Origin: Bugula neritina
Taxonomy: Eukaryota; Animalia; Bryozoa
Assembly (NCBI GenBank): GCA_964035545.1
Contig: OZ037768.1
Span: 12,308,741 to 12,372,740, forward strand
Direction: 5' to 3'
Length of the DNA: 64,000 nt
The notes beneath the pieces were generated by a model. The model had not been told where the DNA came from. It was given only the letters and a program-made list of their open reading frames with translations, and made no database searches. Positions 10,461 to 23,800 of the stretch are shown piece after piece (within the stretch, counting starts at the first letter, position 1; every line of letters starts with the position of its first letter). The position numbers were made by a program, and so were the translations under genes.

Positions 10461-11899
10461 AATAATAACACTCATTTTAAATTAAAAACTTAAATTATAG
10501 CCCTTGAAGTAGTGGAAGATTTATATAGATATTTTGAATTTGTTAGTGTTAAACGTGAACTTCAATGTAAAATTAAGATTAAATGTTTTGTTCAGCCACT
10601 GTTACTGTAATTCAAACAATTTTATATACTGATTGTCTTCAAGGAAAATTTAGCGAAGTAGATGTAGCAATAAAGAAGTTTAGGAAAAGCTTGTGCTCTA
10701 GATAAGAAGATTTTTCTAAAAAGTTATTTGCTTGCCCCAAGCTCTCTTTAGCCAATTCCCCAAACTAAAATATATGGACAGTTGAAAAATTTGGCTATTT
10801 TTTTTCTTTTGCTGCACTTGACAGTATATTGAGTAGCCTTTAATTTGATCAAATTGTCAACATGAACCGCTAAATTTTAAAAGATAATAAATTTTATGTT
10901 CGGCTTGTAGAGAAATAGTAATTTGTTATGGTGGTTAGGTTATAGTGATCATGTTTACTTTTGTATTTGCTCAAACTGAATATGGGTGCAATTTGCAGTT
11001 TTTCAACTAAAATATTTCTAGCAGAACTTTCTAGCATGAGAAGTTATCCGAATAGCGCCATCATGTTTTAAATCGAATGTCAAACTAACAATTATAACCT
11101 CATGTTATAATGCAAACATTTGTATTTCTGCACCTAACAGCTGAGATTGGTCAAAATAGCAGCAAGTTCCATCAAGTCAAATTAATTGCTCCAAGGAGTG
11201 TCAAATGTAAGCCATTGTATGTAAATGTTGGAATTTTAATTTAGCAGATTTAAGATTTTGTATTGCATCACTTTCAAAACCTTTTAGCAAGTTACTCAAA
11301 GCTTCCAAATCAAATCAATGTTTTTAGCGGGTATATTTGAGTTAAATAATTTCAGTGTTCTCAAGCCAGTAAGTGTTGAAGTCAACATAACTTGAAACCT
11401 GGTCTGGAATTTGGAATAAGTTTGCATATAGTAATTATAGATTTACTTTGACCCTGTGGCTGACACTTGTAGTAATTATTATTATACAGGGCTGTAACCA
11501 GGAATTTTAGTCACAAGAAGCTAAGAAGGAACACTGGTAAAAATTAATTTTATTTTGTCATAAATTATAATTTTGATATAGTCATGAACAAACTAACTTT
11601 GGAAAAGGTATCGTGCAACATTAAAAGATAAAATGTTGATCTATATAAAAATAAAAAAGATACAATGTCGTTTTCATATGCTTTTAACTCTTTTTCATGT
11701 TGGTCATTTATTATTTTTACCACAATGAATTTGATTCATTTTAGTGAATTTAATTGGTAATCGCCAACTTTGGGCAAGTTAAGTGGCGTTGAATATCAGC
11801 ATTAGTTAATTGAACATTCTGTTGATAATTTTAGGTCTGAATCATCTAGACTGTTATATTCTAATTTGATAAAAATGCTTTAGAATAACTAAAAGAGAA

Positions 11900-14800
11900 A
11901 TGGAGATAGATGAAAATAATGCAACAAAGGATATGCTCGAAACTAAAGAAAAAGTATCATCAAATATGGAAGTGACTGAGAATATAATCAGTGGCAAGGA
12001 AATGATAGTAGAAGCTGTGCGAGAGATCCATAAGTCTAAATCAAGTGCATGTCCTCTATCATCTGTTGACCCTAAGACTCTGGAATCCGATAAAACAACA
12101 TATGTATTCAACGGTACAAAAGAACAGTTGTATGAACTTATCAAAGAGGTTATCATGGAAGATCCAGAAACTAAGGCTTTTGCAGAGAAAGTTGATGAGA
12201 TGCTCGAACAATGGGCTAAAGCTCTAGAAAAAAAGGAAGGTTTGTGATGCAATTTAATTATAATGAATTTTTTCTGGTAATCTTCCCCAAACTATTTACT
12301 AACTTGTTCAGAGGTAATGATCTGAAAGAAATATATTACTAAAATGATATCACCTGGTTGTATGAGTTTGAAAGATATCATGGATACTTTTCATGTGGAG
12401 AAATATGTTTTTGCTTTTTAGAGGAAAGTAAAGAAAGAGCCTGTTTGATTAATGAGCTAGAAAAGGAGCTCGATCTACTGAATATAGAATATGAAGCCAC
12501 TTGTCAACAACGAAAAGCAAGGTAGATAAACGCTATAAAACATACATTGTGAATAATAGCAATGTCAACAATTGAAAACCCGACATATTTTTATACTGCT
12601 AGATGCTTTATGACGTTGATGCTTAATACTTTCTATTTCCTGCAGGGAACAACGAATTGGAAAGTCACAAAGTAAAGAATCTCAGGTACAATCTCTGTCT
12701 AAACCAGTAGTTCCCTCCACAGATGATGACGACGATGATGACATAGAAATTATTGAAGAAATAAAGATTAAACCATACGCTGAGACAATCAATGCTGATT
12801 CCGGATGTTATGCTGTCAAAAGTGGTGACTTGTGGCGCCGAGCCTTTGTGGTTTCTGTTTCAAACTCCTCTGGAAAACCTGGAGAAGAAGTAGGTCTATA
12901 TGTACCAGTTGTATTTTAGTTTTCTGGTGAATGACTAAAGAATTTTATTTTGGAAATTAATAGTCTTATAATATGAATGTGTAATTTTAAATACTTCATA
13001 AAAATCGATCCAAAATTTCTCTCCAGTTCTATTCCAATTAGACAATGTGCCATAGAAAATAGTTAACTGAACAGACTTGTAAGGAAATTATTGAGGTGTA
13101 TTTAGAAAGTTGTAACCCGGTTTATTGGTGATCTCACAATGTTTTTTAAATGTTTCCCAGGAGAAGATCTTTCGTAAATATATGAAGTATTATTGATTGT
13201 CTTGAATTTTAAGTTGTTTTTTTTCAAAAATTTCCGCTTGATGGCAGAACTATTTGTTTTAATTTTTCTGTAATTGAGTAAGTTCAATTTAGTAGTTTTT
13301 CAGGTAGTCAACAAACTATTTGCACTCATGTTTGCATATAGTCACATACGCTCTAGAAAATCATGATGCTGAGGGTTTTTGTGGATTGCTATGAATTTTT
13401 TTCTCTACGGCTTCAATACTTTTAATGCTGTACAAGAGTGAATGTAACCTTTCTTGGTATTACCTATGGTGATATACCTTAGCGCTAGTGAATACTAGAC
13501 AATACCTTATTTTCTATCCTTTAGCTAATTAAATATTGGATTTATAGCTTGTTATGTGTTTTTCATTCAGTGGAATGACAACTCTACTGCCTAATGCCTG
13601 ATATGGAAGTGAAATATTTATATTGTGCTCTCTTTAACATTATTTTTTTTTAATTTGCGCCTTAGCACATGTGGTCTTATGTTTTTTTAACTTTCTGATA
13701 TTTTCGTTGAATGATGTCAATATTGTTGTGCAGATTTATCGCGTCAAGATGGACCGGCAAACAAAAGTGGTGAAAAAATCTCAAGTGGCCTATGAGCATC
13801 CTCCTAACAGAGCAGCAGTTCGAGGAACAAGAATTATTGGTAGGTTCTGCTACACATGATACAGTACAATGACAAAAACATACATGTATGTGCTGAAGCT
13901 ATTTATAGTTATTTTGAGGGTTTTCTATGTAATCAAGTGGCTTTATAGTTTTATTTGTTGTGTTATTAGCTTTATACAAAGAGATGACAGGTGCTCTAGA
14001 CTACTACAGTGGTATAGTGGCCGAACCACCTTATCAGAAAAACAATCACAGGTGAGTTACTCTTATGTTTTATTTAGTGATACTTCATTATAGTTATTTT
14101 TCGAAAAAATTTAGTTGGCAAAATTAATCCATTTTTAACAAATATTTTAAAGTTGTCTTCTCAAAATTTCTATTGTCTCCAATTTAAGCAAAATCACCCC
14201 CAATACCAATTTCTGGTGTAATTTTACTATCACTTGTATATGTTAAAATGGTAGTAATTTGCTTTATCTGAAAATTATTTTACTTTTTTAATTATTTTAT
14301 TCTAATGATGTAAATTATAATGCAGATATTTGGTGTTCTTTGATGATGGTTGCGCCCAATATACCAAACAATCTGATATCAGAGTAATTGCTCATCAGTG
14401 TAAGTATATGCCTTTACTTATAAGTTAGTGCTATTTATGTTACAGTTTCTTTTAAATTATTAATTAAAAAATCAAAATTAGCAAAAGAATTAATGTTTAG
14501 CAAGTTTTTAATTTTACTTTTTTATTATGCTTTGGGATTTTGAATTGCTTAAATTTATCATTTTGCAGTTAATAAGCCTTGGGAAGGGCTGACACCAGAC
14601 CTGCAAGAGTTTGTCAAGCACTATATGGAGACTTATAACCAGGTGAGAGTAGTTACTGAGATCTACACTAATGTATCTCACAGCACAATGAGACACAATC
14701 GCAGCTTGTCGAGTAAATTTGGTAAAGTTATGTATTTGAATGCAAACGATATGTGCAAGTTTTTCATATTATTATTATGCAAGCAGCTAAAGTCCCACAT

Positions 14801-17800
14801 TGATCTACACCTACAACCTGATTATAGGGTGTATTTCATGGTCGAATCGAACAACAGAGGCCTACTAACTACTATAAGTCCCCTTTTTAATTTAAACCAA
14901 CTTGGAATATAGCATAGCATACAGGATGCATGCACGCTTTAGTTTCCTGTGTATTGGAATCGTTTTCTCAAATGTAATATAGAAATGACAACTCCTTGCT
15001 GTTTGTTGACAGCGGATGATATTGAGACTGAAAGTTGGTCAGACGGTGCTCTGTGAGAAGGATGGTGATTGGTTTAAAGCCAGATGTCTCCGCGTGGACT
15101 GCAGTCTTGTCAAGATGCTCTTTGAGAGTGCCAACATAACCGAGTGGATATACCGCGGCTCTACCAGGTTTCCATTCCCTAATATTATGAAGCTGTTTGT
15201 ACAGATCTACCTAGAATTAGATGACGAGCTCGCAGTTATTAGTCTGTTCAGCACTATGTTGTGGCTGACTTTTTCTATTTTCAAAAACATACATATGAGA
15301 TGTATGCAGATTGTAGTCAGTGCTGGAACTGTAGTTGGAATTGATGTCGCAGAGTTTGCATGTTAGTCACTGTCTTTCTCAACCTAGGTTTGAGCCACTG
15401 TACGAGTTGCATTACAAGAGAAATCAGGAGGCTAAAGCACGTCAAGAGGCAGCGCTGGCAGCTGCTGCCGCTGCACGACTTCAACCACCAACTCAATCTC
15501 AAGCTGTTAAACGACCAGGTTAGTTTCTCTGTTTGTACACTGACTGAATATAACGTACACCAGCTTCTAAATATTCAGTCATTTTTTCTAGTTTTAGAAT
15601 TTAGAAATGAAAACATTTTGTAGTAGAAAAGTTATTTTTATGTAAGTTTTTTTAACAAATTGCTTCAAAGGAATGTTTCTCGAACATACATTTTTAGGTT
15701 TATATGGTTTTGCTCATCCAATTTCTTTTGAACAGCGTGCTGAGTAATATTTTTTGATATGATGTAATTTAGCCTGCAACTGTTTCTTATGCTTTCAATG
15801 TGGGTGTTGGAAATGTTGCATTGGTTTGTAAGCATGCTCCTTCACTCAGTCACATATCATGTGCTTGACATATTTGTTCAAAGCTGGTGTTTATTGGAAA
15901 CTTGTGTTCACCATGATCAAGTTTTATTATTCCAGCATTTACAGAGATATTCAAAAGTTGTATGTATTTCACTGTAAATATCCAGTTGGAAGGAAAATTA
16001 TCTGTATAATTGTAGAGATTCTAGCTTCCGTGTCTTTTTATCAAATTCTAGTTGGTTTTAACAGTTTGTTTTCAATAATTGAAGTTATTAAACTATAAAC
16101 TTGTCAACAATAAGTTCTTTTGAACAACATTTTCATTTATTGTCTAATTTTTCTGAATTTTTCTTTTGATTCCTTAATTAGTCATAAAATAGTGATTATG
16201 GTGGTAATATCATGTGTTACACATATCATTGTGTAACAGGTAGATCATAATTAATTATTATTGGATTGCAGTTGGAATAATAATCAATCATGGTTGTGAA
16301 ATGTTTCATTATCTAAATAGACCTCATTAACTTGTCATTTGCTAGGGTGAATGTAGTTGTATGATATTTTGTTTTGACTCTGAGGGAAAAGGAGGTTACT
16401 ATGGTTATGTGATTGCAAAATGTCAGACAAAATTGTTTGACAATTCAATGCTTTTATAAAATATTTTGTCAAAATTAAAAAGTAATATAACACTCCCCAA
16501 ATTCTTGTCTTATTTGACTGTTTAAACACAATTTTCTATTATTTCAATGTGTTTGTAGCTCCACCTTTCAAACCTCCAGCCACAAAGCCAGTTAAGACTC
16601 ATTATTACAGTAAGTAGACCTCAAATCTGCACATTGAGTTACTATTAGTACCTGTGATATATTAATATGGGTACTTGCTTTCACTCCTTTATATATTTGT
16701 GAAAACTTCTCTCACTTAACAAAGATACAATAATCCTTTAAATCCTCCATATTGCAATACTGTAAATAATTGTTGATAATAGTTGGGCTTAGGTTAATTG
16801 CTTCATATTTTATATTCATTTGTTTATTTTTGAAAACTTCTCTCACGTAACAAAGATACAATAATCTTTTAAATCCACTATATTGTAAATTTATGTTAAC
16901 AATAATTCAGCTTATGTAGTTGCTTCATATTTTGAACATTTGTTAGAAGCACCCTCTGCTCAAGCATTGGCTAACCGAGTCAGCTCAGCCAATCAGCATA
17001 GAGGACTTAGCTCCAAAGGAATCTCCTTCCAACCACGTAAGATTCTACGCTATTCTCACTCACTATTTCTCACCGTATCCATTTTAGTCCGTGCGGGTGT
17101 CGGTTTTGTCACTATGCTATACAAGCATGTATATGTCAAAAGTTGTTTTTGTTTTAATGTGATGAAGAGAACATGTGATGAGCTCACTTTACTTGTCTCA
17201 ATTGGGATATAATAATATCCTTCTGCTTATATAGATTGAAATGGTATTTTATACAGTATTCTGCATGGTAAAATTTTGTTACTTGTGACAGATAATAAAA
17301 ATTGTATAGATTTTATTTGTATTTAGGTGATGAACACGCTGGTAACAGGATCAAAACTATCTACCCTCAGCAAAAGTTAACTAAATATGGTAAGTTATTC
17401 ACCAGTAATTTGGATGTATTGAGATCTTTTCCATTTTAAAGCAAAGTACCAGTTTCTTCGTTGTTTCCCAAATATTTTTTGTTTATAACTGCTTGCGTGG
17501 TTGCGCAATGCTCTAACTGGCTAAAAATAGCACGTTTTATTTTTCCTCAATATTTCATAAGCATTGTTAAGTAATATTTATGTCCAATTCTTATACTCTC
17601 CGAGGCACTTATTATTAATACTCAAATGAGATGTAATATAGTTGAACAGGATAATCTAAGAAGATGGATTGCATAACAAATTATTCATGGAACTTACACA
17701 AGTATAAGCATGTTCGGGTGTGTCTTGTTGAGAAATAAGAAACTACTTTCATTTAGTTCCATTTAATATTATAATGTAGTTTCTGTCAAATCTCACACTA

Positions 17801-20800
17801 ACTGGTGGTAAACAGACAACTAAGATGTGTATGTGTGCCATAGTCATCCTCCATAACCATTCTCCAATGTCTTGCAGTGCCTCACGAATGTGGCGAAGGA
17901 TGTATCAAGGTCGACGATGATCCTAAAAAGTATAAAGGGAAATATACTCTTACTATACCTATATATGTGGGATTTGAAAGGCAAGTACTTTGTCACGGTA
18001 AACAGCAGAGCAAGTTCCAACATTCGCACCTCAATAAACAACAGTAGATAATCTCATTAGTTGACCAACTCTTCCACAATTATGTTAACTTGTCAAGTCC
18101 TAGACTTTTGGTTATTTATAGCATTTCAGTTTATTTGTTAGATCTTCCTTTGATCACCTTAAGTTGCACTTCTTATGCTTATTAGTATTTGATTTATTCT
18201 AGAAATGTTTTATCCTCATCATTCAGCATGCATCTTTACACGTTGAACACCGATATTGTAAATATAGCTTTTAAAGCAACCAGCAATTCTTGAAACTAAA
18301 ATTTTGTACTTATCTTTTGAGTTTTCTTGTAGGTTTATCTGCCGTACTACTAGGACGAAGTCTCTCCAGACAAGCAACAAGAAGTTTGTGGTGTACAAGG
18401 GACCTTGTGGAAGGCGGATCAGGAACATTAAGGAGATGGGAGACTATCTGTTTATCACCAAGAGCAACTTGACCATAGATCTGTTCAGCTTTGAACAGGC
18501 CCTACATTTGTTTGAGCCGTTTGTCGCTACGAATGTAAGTGTGGAACACCAAATGTCTGGTTGCTTGCAGCTCATATCTTCAGACTGGCTTGTAACAGCA
18601 AGCTGGCTAAATGTGTAGCACTCCGGCAGAATGCACAGCTTCAGTTCTTACATTTTAATTTGTTGAGCATACAATGTTGAACAATGTCTAGCATTATTCT
18701 GAGCTATAGAATGTGATCACTTTAAGTCGGCAATATGATGTAAGATTTGAGTTGTCTTGTGAACGTAGTTAGATGTTGTTGACCCGAGGCTAAGTTATGC
18801 CGATAAGGCTTAGAGAATATTAACTTACCAGCAACATGTTAAACTAGTGCAAAATAAAGTACTTTCAACTTTGGTAGGCTATGTACACATCTTGCTATTC
18901 TAGATTTCAATTGCTTTAAATAAAGCAAATTTCAACAATTCAGATAGTTTTCAGTGGCAAATGTTAACAGTACAATGTTATCATAGCCTAGCAAAATATA
19001 TAAATGCCACTCAAAATTTTAACTGAAGTTTTAAAGCCCAAGTTCTTATCTGGTTTATAGATAATGATGAGTATAACCGACTTATCTCAAGGTCTGGAAG
19101 AGGTCAACATATCATGTGTGAATGCTCTGAACACGGCCAGGCCAGACCCCCTCGTCTATGCTAATGTTCGTATGCCACAGAAAGACGTGGATCTCAACAC
19201 CAACACTGACTTCATGGTCTGCTGTGACTGTACAGACAATTGCCAGGTGAGTTGCTCTTCAGCTAGTAAGCTGTACACTCAGTAGAGGCAGGTAAACATT
19301 TAGGTTTTGTCACTGGCTCTTAGTCAATATTATTATTTCAGGGCCATATTTCTCATCATGTGTCTTTTCAGTGGACACCTAATTGGAAAAAATGACCTAT
19401 TTAAACACATGAAACTAGACTCTAGAGAGATGTTTCTGCTGGTGCTGTGTATAAAGTATAGGTGATACAATAGACAATTCTGTGAGGTTATTGGTGAAGA
19501 CATAATCTCTAAACTAAACTGTTATATTGCAACTTCTGTCTTGTAGTCATCAATCTCTCTTGTCTAGAGCCAATTATTAATTGCATAATCAATTTCCCTA
19601 AAATACTAATAAATAGTTTTTCGAGCTTCTATTTTGTTGCAAACAACAAGTACTAAAGAATAATTTGTTTTTGTATATGGTGAGACCTCCATACAGAATA
19701 TTACATTAACATTTTATGTTATGAGTTTTTTAACTTTAAGAAACTTTTAGAAGTTTCAAGAATAAATTGCTGATAGTTTTTCACACAAGTAAAAAAATAA
19801 AGAAATCAAATTTGTTAAGAAATGTGTTGGTTTTCAACTTACAAGAGCAATACAGTTGATATTTGCATGTTTTAAAGACATGATAACTCCTAACATTGAT
19901 ATGTAGTCACACTATCTAGTGTTTTTCAGAACCTTACATTGTGGAAACATTTACACTTTACTTTGTGTTATGCCCCCCTCCTTCTCAGTATATTCTGTTA
20001 TACTTTGCCTTGGGAACAATCTTATGTGAATGGTAATTACTTAATATGGCATTTTTATCCATTTGTTAACGGTTTTTTTAAATAAGTTAAAGTTACATCT
20101 TTTTACCACGAATGCACATAATTATATAGTACTCATTATTCATCAGGCACTATCAAAACTGGCAATATAAAACAAGTACCCAAGTTATTCATTTTGTGAA
20201 GCTTGTTTGACTTTAATCAATATCTAGCTAAAATATACATCATAAGAGAATCCTTAAATAGTATTTATTGATGTTAGTAATGTATAAAGTGGGACAACAG
20301 AACTAAGTTCTTTTTATAGCTATGACCATTCCATTTTTATTAGGTGCTATAATTATTTTATCAAAGGAAATGCACTGACCATAAATTACTATAAACTTGC
20401 AAATGAAACCAATCACCTCATTCAGCTTTGTCATGCTGATCTTTTTAAGCAATTTCCAGCTTTTTAATGAGCGTAACTGATTTTAACATTTAAAGCTATT
20501 ACAAAATATGGCCACCTTTATCTTTACTTTCTCTGATGTTATTTTCTAGTACTTACTTCAAACAAGTGGAATTCTGACTCTTCTCAAGTGGCTGCCCTCT
20601 AGCCTTTTAATAAAAATTTCAGTCTCGATTTTACTTATTGATTGCATTTAACTAAAATTTATCAATCATTTGAAGTACATTAAAGTAGATGTAGTTAGTT
20701 AGCTAACTTTGTGCACATTTTCACTTCTAGTTAATTGAAGAATTTCTGAAACACTTCATTTGTGCAGTATTCAGATGTTATATATATCTTAGCCATCATC

Positions 20801-23800
20801 TACAGACTGTTTGAGGGTTGTTTGCTCAGTATGTTGTATAAGAAATTCTGTGCTCATGCTGAGGATGCTTCCAGTCAGCTCTGAAATCTGTGGTATTATA
20901 AAACTAATAGTAATTATTATTAACTTTCATTGCATGCTGTTAGCTGCTGAAACCCACAGCTTAATCACTGAGCTGGCTTGAAAGTTCAAAGTTTAAAACG
21001 TCATCGGCATGAGTACGTCTTTTAAAACAGATTGTTTGAGCATACGACCCTCAAACAGTTTGAAGATGGTGGCTAAGATATATATAAATATTTTGATACT
21101 GCACCAATGAAGTGTCAGCGATTCTGTAAAGCAATGTGATAGTTTCTCATAGTCAGAACTGTGTCAGAGGCAATGGTTAGTCAAGTCAGATTATGTCAAG
21201 TCATGGCTCCAGTAAAATTCAAATTCGGTCAAACAATCACTGATATCACCCTCATTAAATGATACAGGTACGTTAACGGAGGAAAATTGTGTTCTAAATG
21301 AGAACCCTTGCAAAAAAATTATATTCTCATGACTTAAGCCAAAATTAATAAAAAGACCTAATTAAACGCTTAGACCTTTTCTCAATTTCTTTATTTCTGT
21401 ACTTGAATAACAGCAATTGACTTGAAATGACCTTGCAAGTTTTACATCAGCTCAATGCTTTATGTAATGCTAATCTTAAAAGTTATATGCATATTCATCA
21501 AACACATGTAAGCAGAAATCTTCATTTAGCAGGTAGAATAAAAACCTTAATTGGTAACTCATATATCAGCTACCTCAAACGTTTCTGTTCCTAATGAATA
21601 ACGAGAAAAAACTACCTTAAGATGAAATGCAACCTAATAGCCATTAAGTATAATGATTTAACTAATTTATTTTAACCTGTACCAGCCACTGGTGTAATTA
21701 CCTACTTCACTGAAACCGAGGTTCACATGAAATATGATTAATTTCAATTCAACTTGAAGGTGAACTTCTAAAAATTGTGAAATTATATTCTTTCCTAGTT
21801 AGAAATTATTACTAATTAGTTAGTTATCATTCTTGCACAATAGTTCTTCCAGTAAACAGATATTTGTTGTGTTTTCTTCTTTTAGGACTTACTTCTAACG
21901 AAGATCTTAGGTTTTTTATTGAGTCAGATCTTCTTTAAACTTTGTTAAAGTCTGCCTAAGTACAAAGTATCTGAGTTTTCTAATTTTCAAAGTGCTAAAA
22001 TTTTGGTAACTGCGAAATATCTTTTTTCTAGGTATAAATTTGTTAAATTTTTTTAGCGAGATGCTGTAATATAGTAGAGGTAGTAGAGGTTTCTAGATTT
22101 TGGTGTAACTTGATTATATATAGTTTTCCTACTGGAAGTGTGCAACAGTGCCTGTTTTTAACTAATGAAATACACATCAGCACTTTTAGAGCTGTGTATA
22201 GTTTCATAGCCTTTGATTAACAATTGTTTCTCAGAGAAATATCGATAGCCTTTGATCACACTATAGGTACAACAAAAGTCTATTACCACAAAGTATTTAC
22301 TCCAAACTAAGTTTATAGTAATAATAATGCACTGCATAACCATTTTACATAGCTTTGCTGTAAGGGTGCTTATGGCTACCAAGTTATTTGTTAATTTACT
22401 GTTAATAAATCGCATAATAATTACACAACTGATTATACTGTGTATAAGTAAGTTTCTCTCTGGCATTCTCAAATTGATTATTTGATGAATAGGCAATCAA
22501 ATTACATAGCAAAAACTTATATTTACACTTGCAACTAGACATTATAATAAAATGATAACATATATAGAGACAACTCTGGTATGAGAATTATCTGTATTTA
22601 CTAACATTTTTACTGGCCTGAGGTTTTAAATTTAAAGCACATTAAAGTTAGTCTTTTTTATTTTTATCTACATTAATGATTGATTACAGTTAATTTGTGT
22701 TCCTGGTTATTTATATTGTACATTTTATAAACTAACTACAAATGAATTACTGTGAAGGAAAGGTAACTTTTTTTTTATAATTTATACTTGTTTAAAAGAG
22801 ATAACTCCACACTTAATTCATTATTTTCTAATTACAGGATGTGCAATTGAGAAATAGTTTATGTTATTGTGGATAATTATTAGTTTTTAACCTTCAAGGA
22901 TTACGGCAATCTGTTTATTGAAATTAAATGAATGAGTATGTATGTAAGCAGAAGGTATCCTTTGTGTTTAAGTTAGTCAAGTAGTTTGAAGTATTTTTAT
23001 GTTAAATAAGGGATATAAGTCTGTGAAAATGCAGATCTTGCTTTCAAAATTAAAAAAGTTGTTGAATAATTTATGTAAAAAGCTGCAACATTTCTCATGT
23101 AAATTGATATAAATAATGTAGGTTTTGTACTTAGTTGATGCCAAACTTAGGAAATGACACCTAACTTGCAATGGAGTAAAAATATGCAAACCAACTGGTA
23201 TAAATATTCACAAATGCTTTCCCAATTTTAATTCTACTGTAACAATTTTCCTACATAGATGAACAATGTCCTGCCTAATTTATATAAATTTATTTTAGAA
23301 TGAGTTAATTTTTTCAATTTCCACCACCTTGTTAGAAAAGAACAGCAATGCCTAGATTGTGAAACATTTTACAATCTCTTTCTTAAAAATTGAATGTAGC
23401 CACATATTCTTTTTATAGATATCAAAAGCTGTAGTCTTAGTGATTGAAGAAAAAACCTAAAAATGTTATAAATATAGTTCCAGTTAAAAGGTGATTTAAT
23501 GTAAACTATGAAAGACACAGTTGACTGAATTTGGGAAGCAATCACTCAGCAGATATATTTCACCAGATTCTCTATTAACAGAGAATATATTTCTGTATCC
23601 AAGTCTCCTCCTTGTTGTGAGATTGGTTGACTCTACAGAAAGCATGTGGTGGACAAAGGCTGGCAAATTTCTTTTCTCAAACATGAAAGCCTGGCAACAT
23701 TGATGTATTCTAAATTTACTGTAGAAGTTTCTTTGTTTTATGCTAAAAATAAGAAAGATTTTGATCCCTTTCCGATGCCATATTCATTCGGCTATTTATG

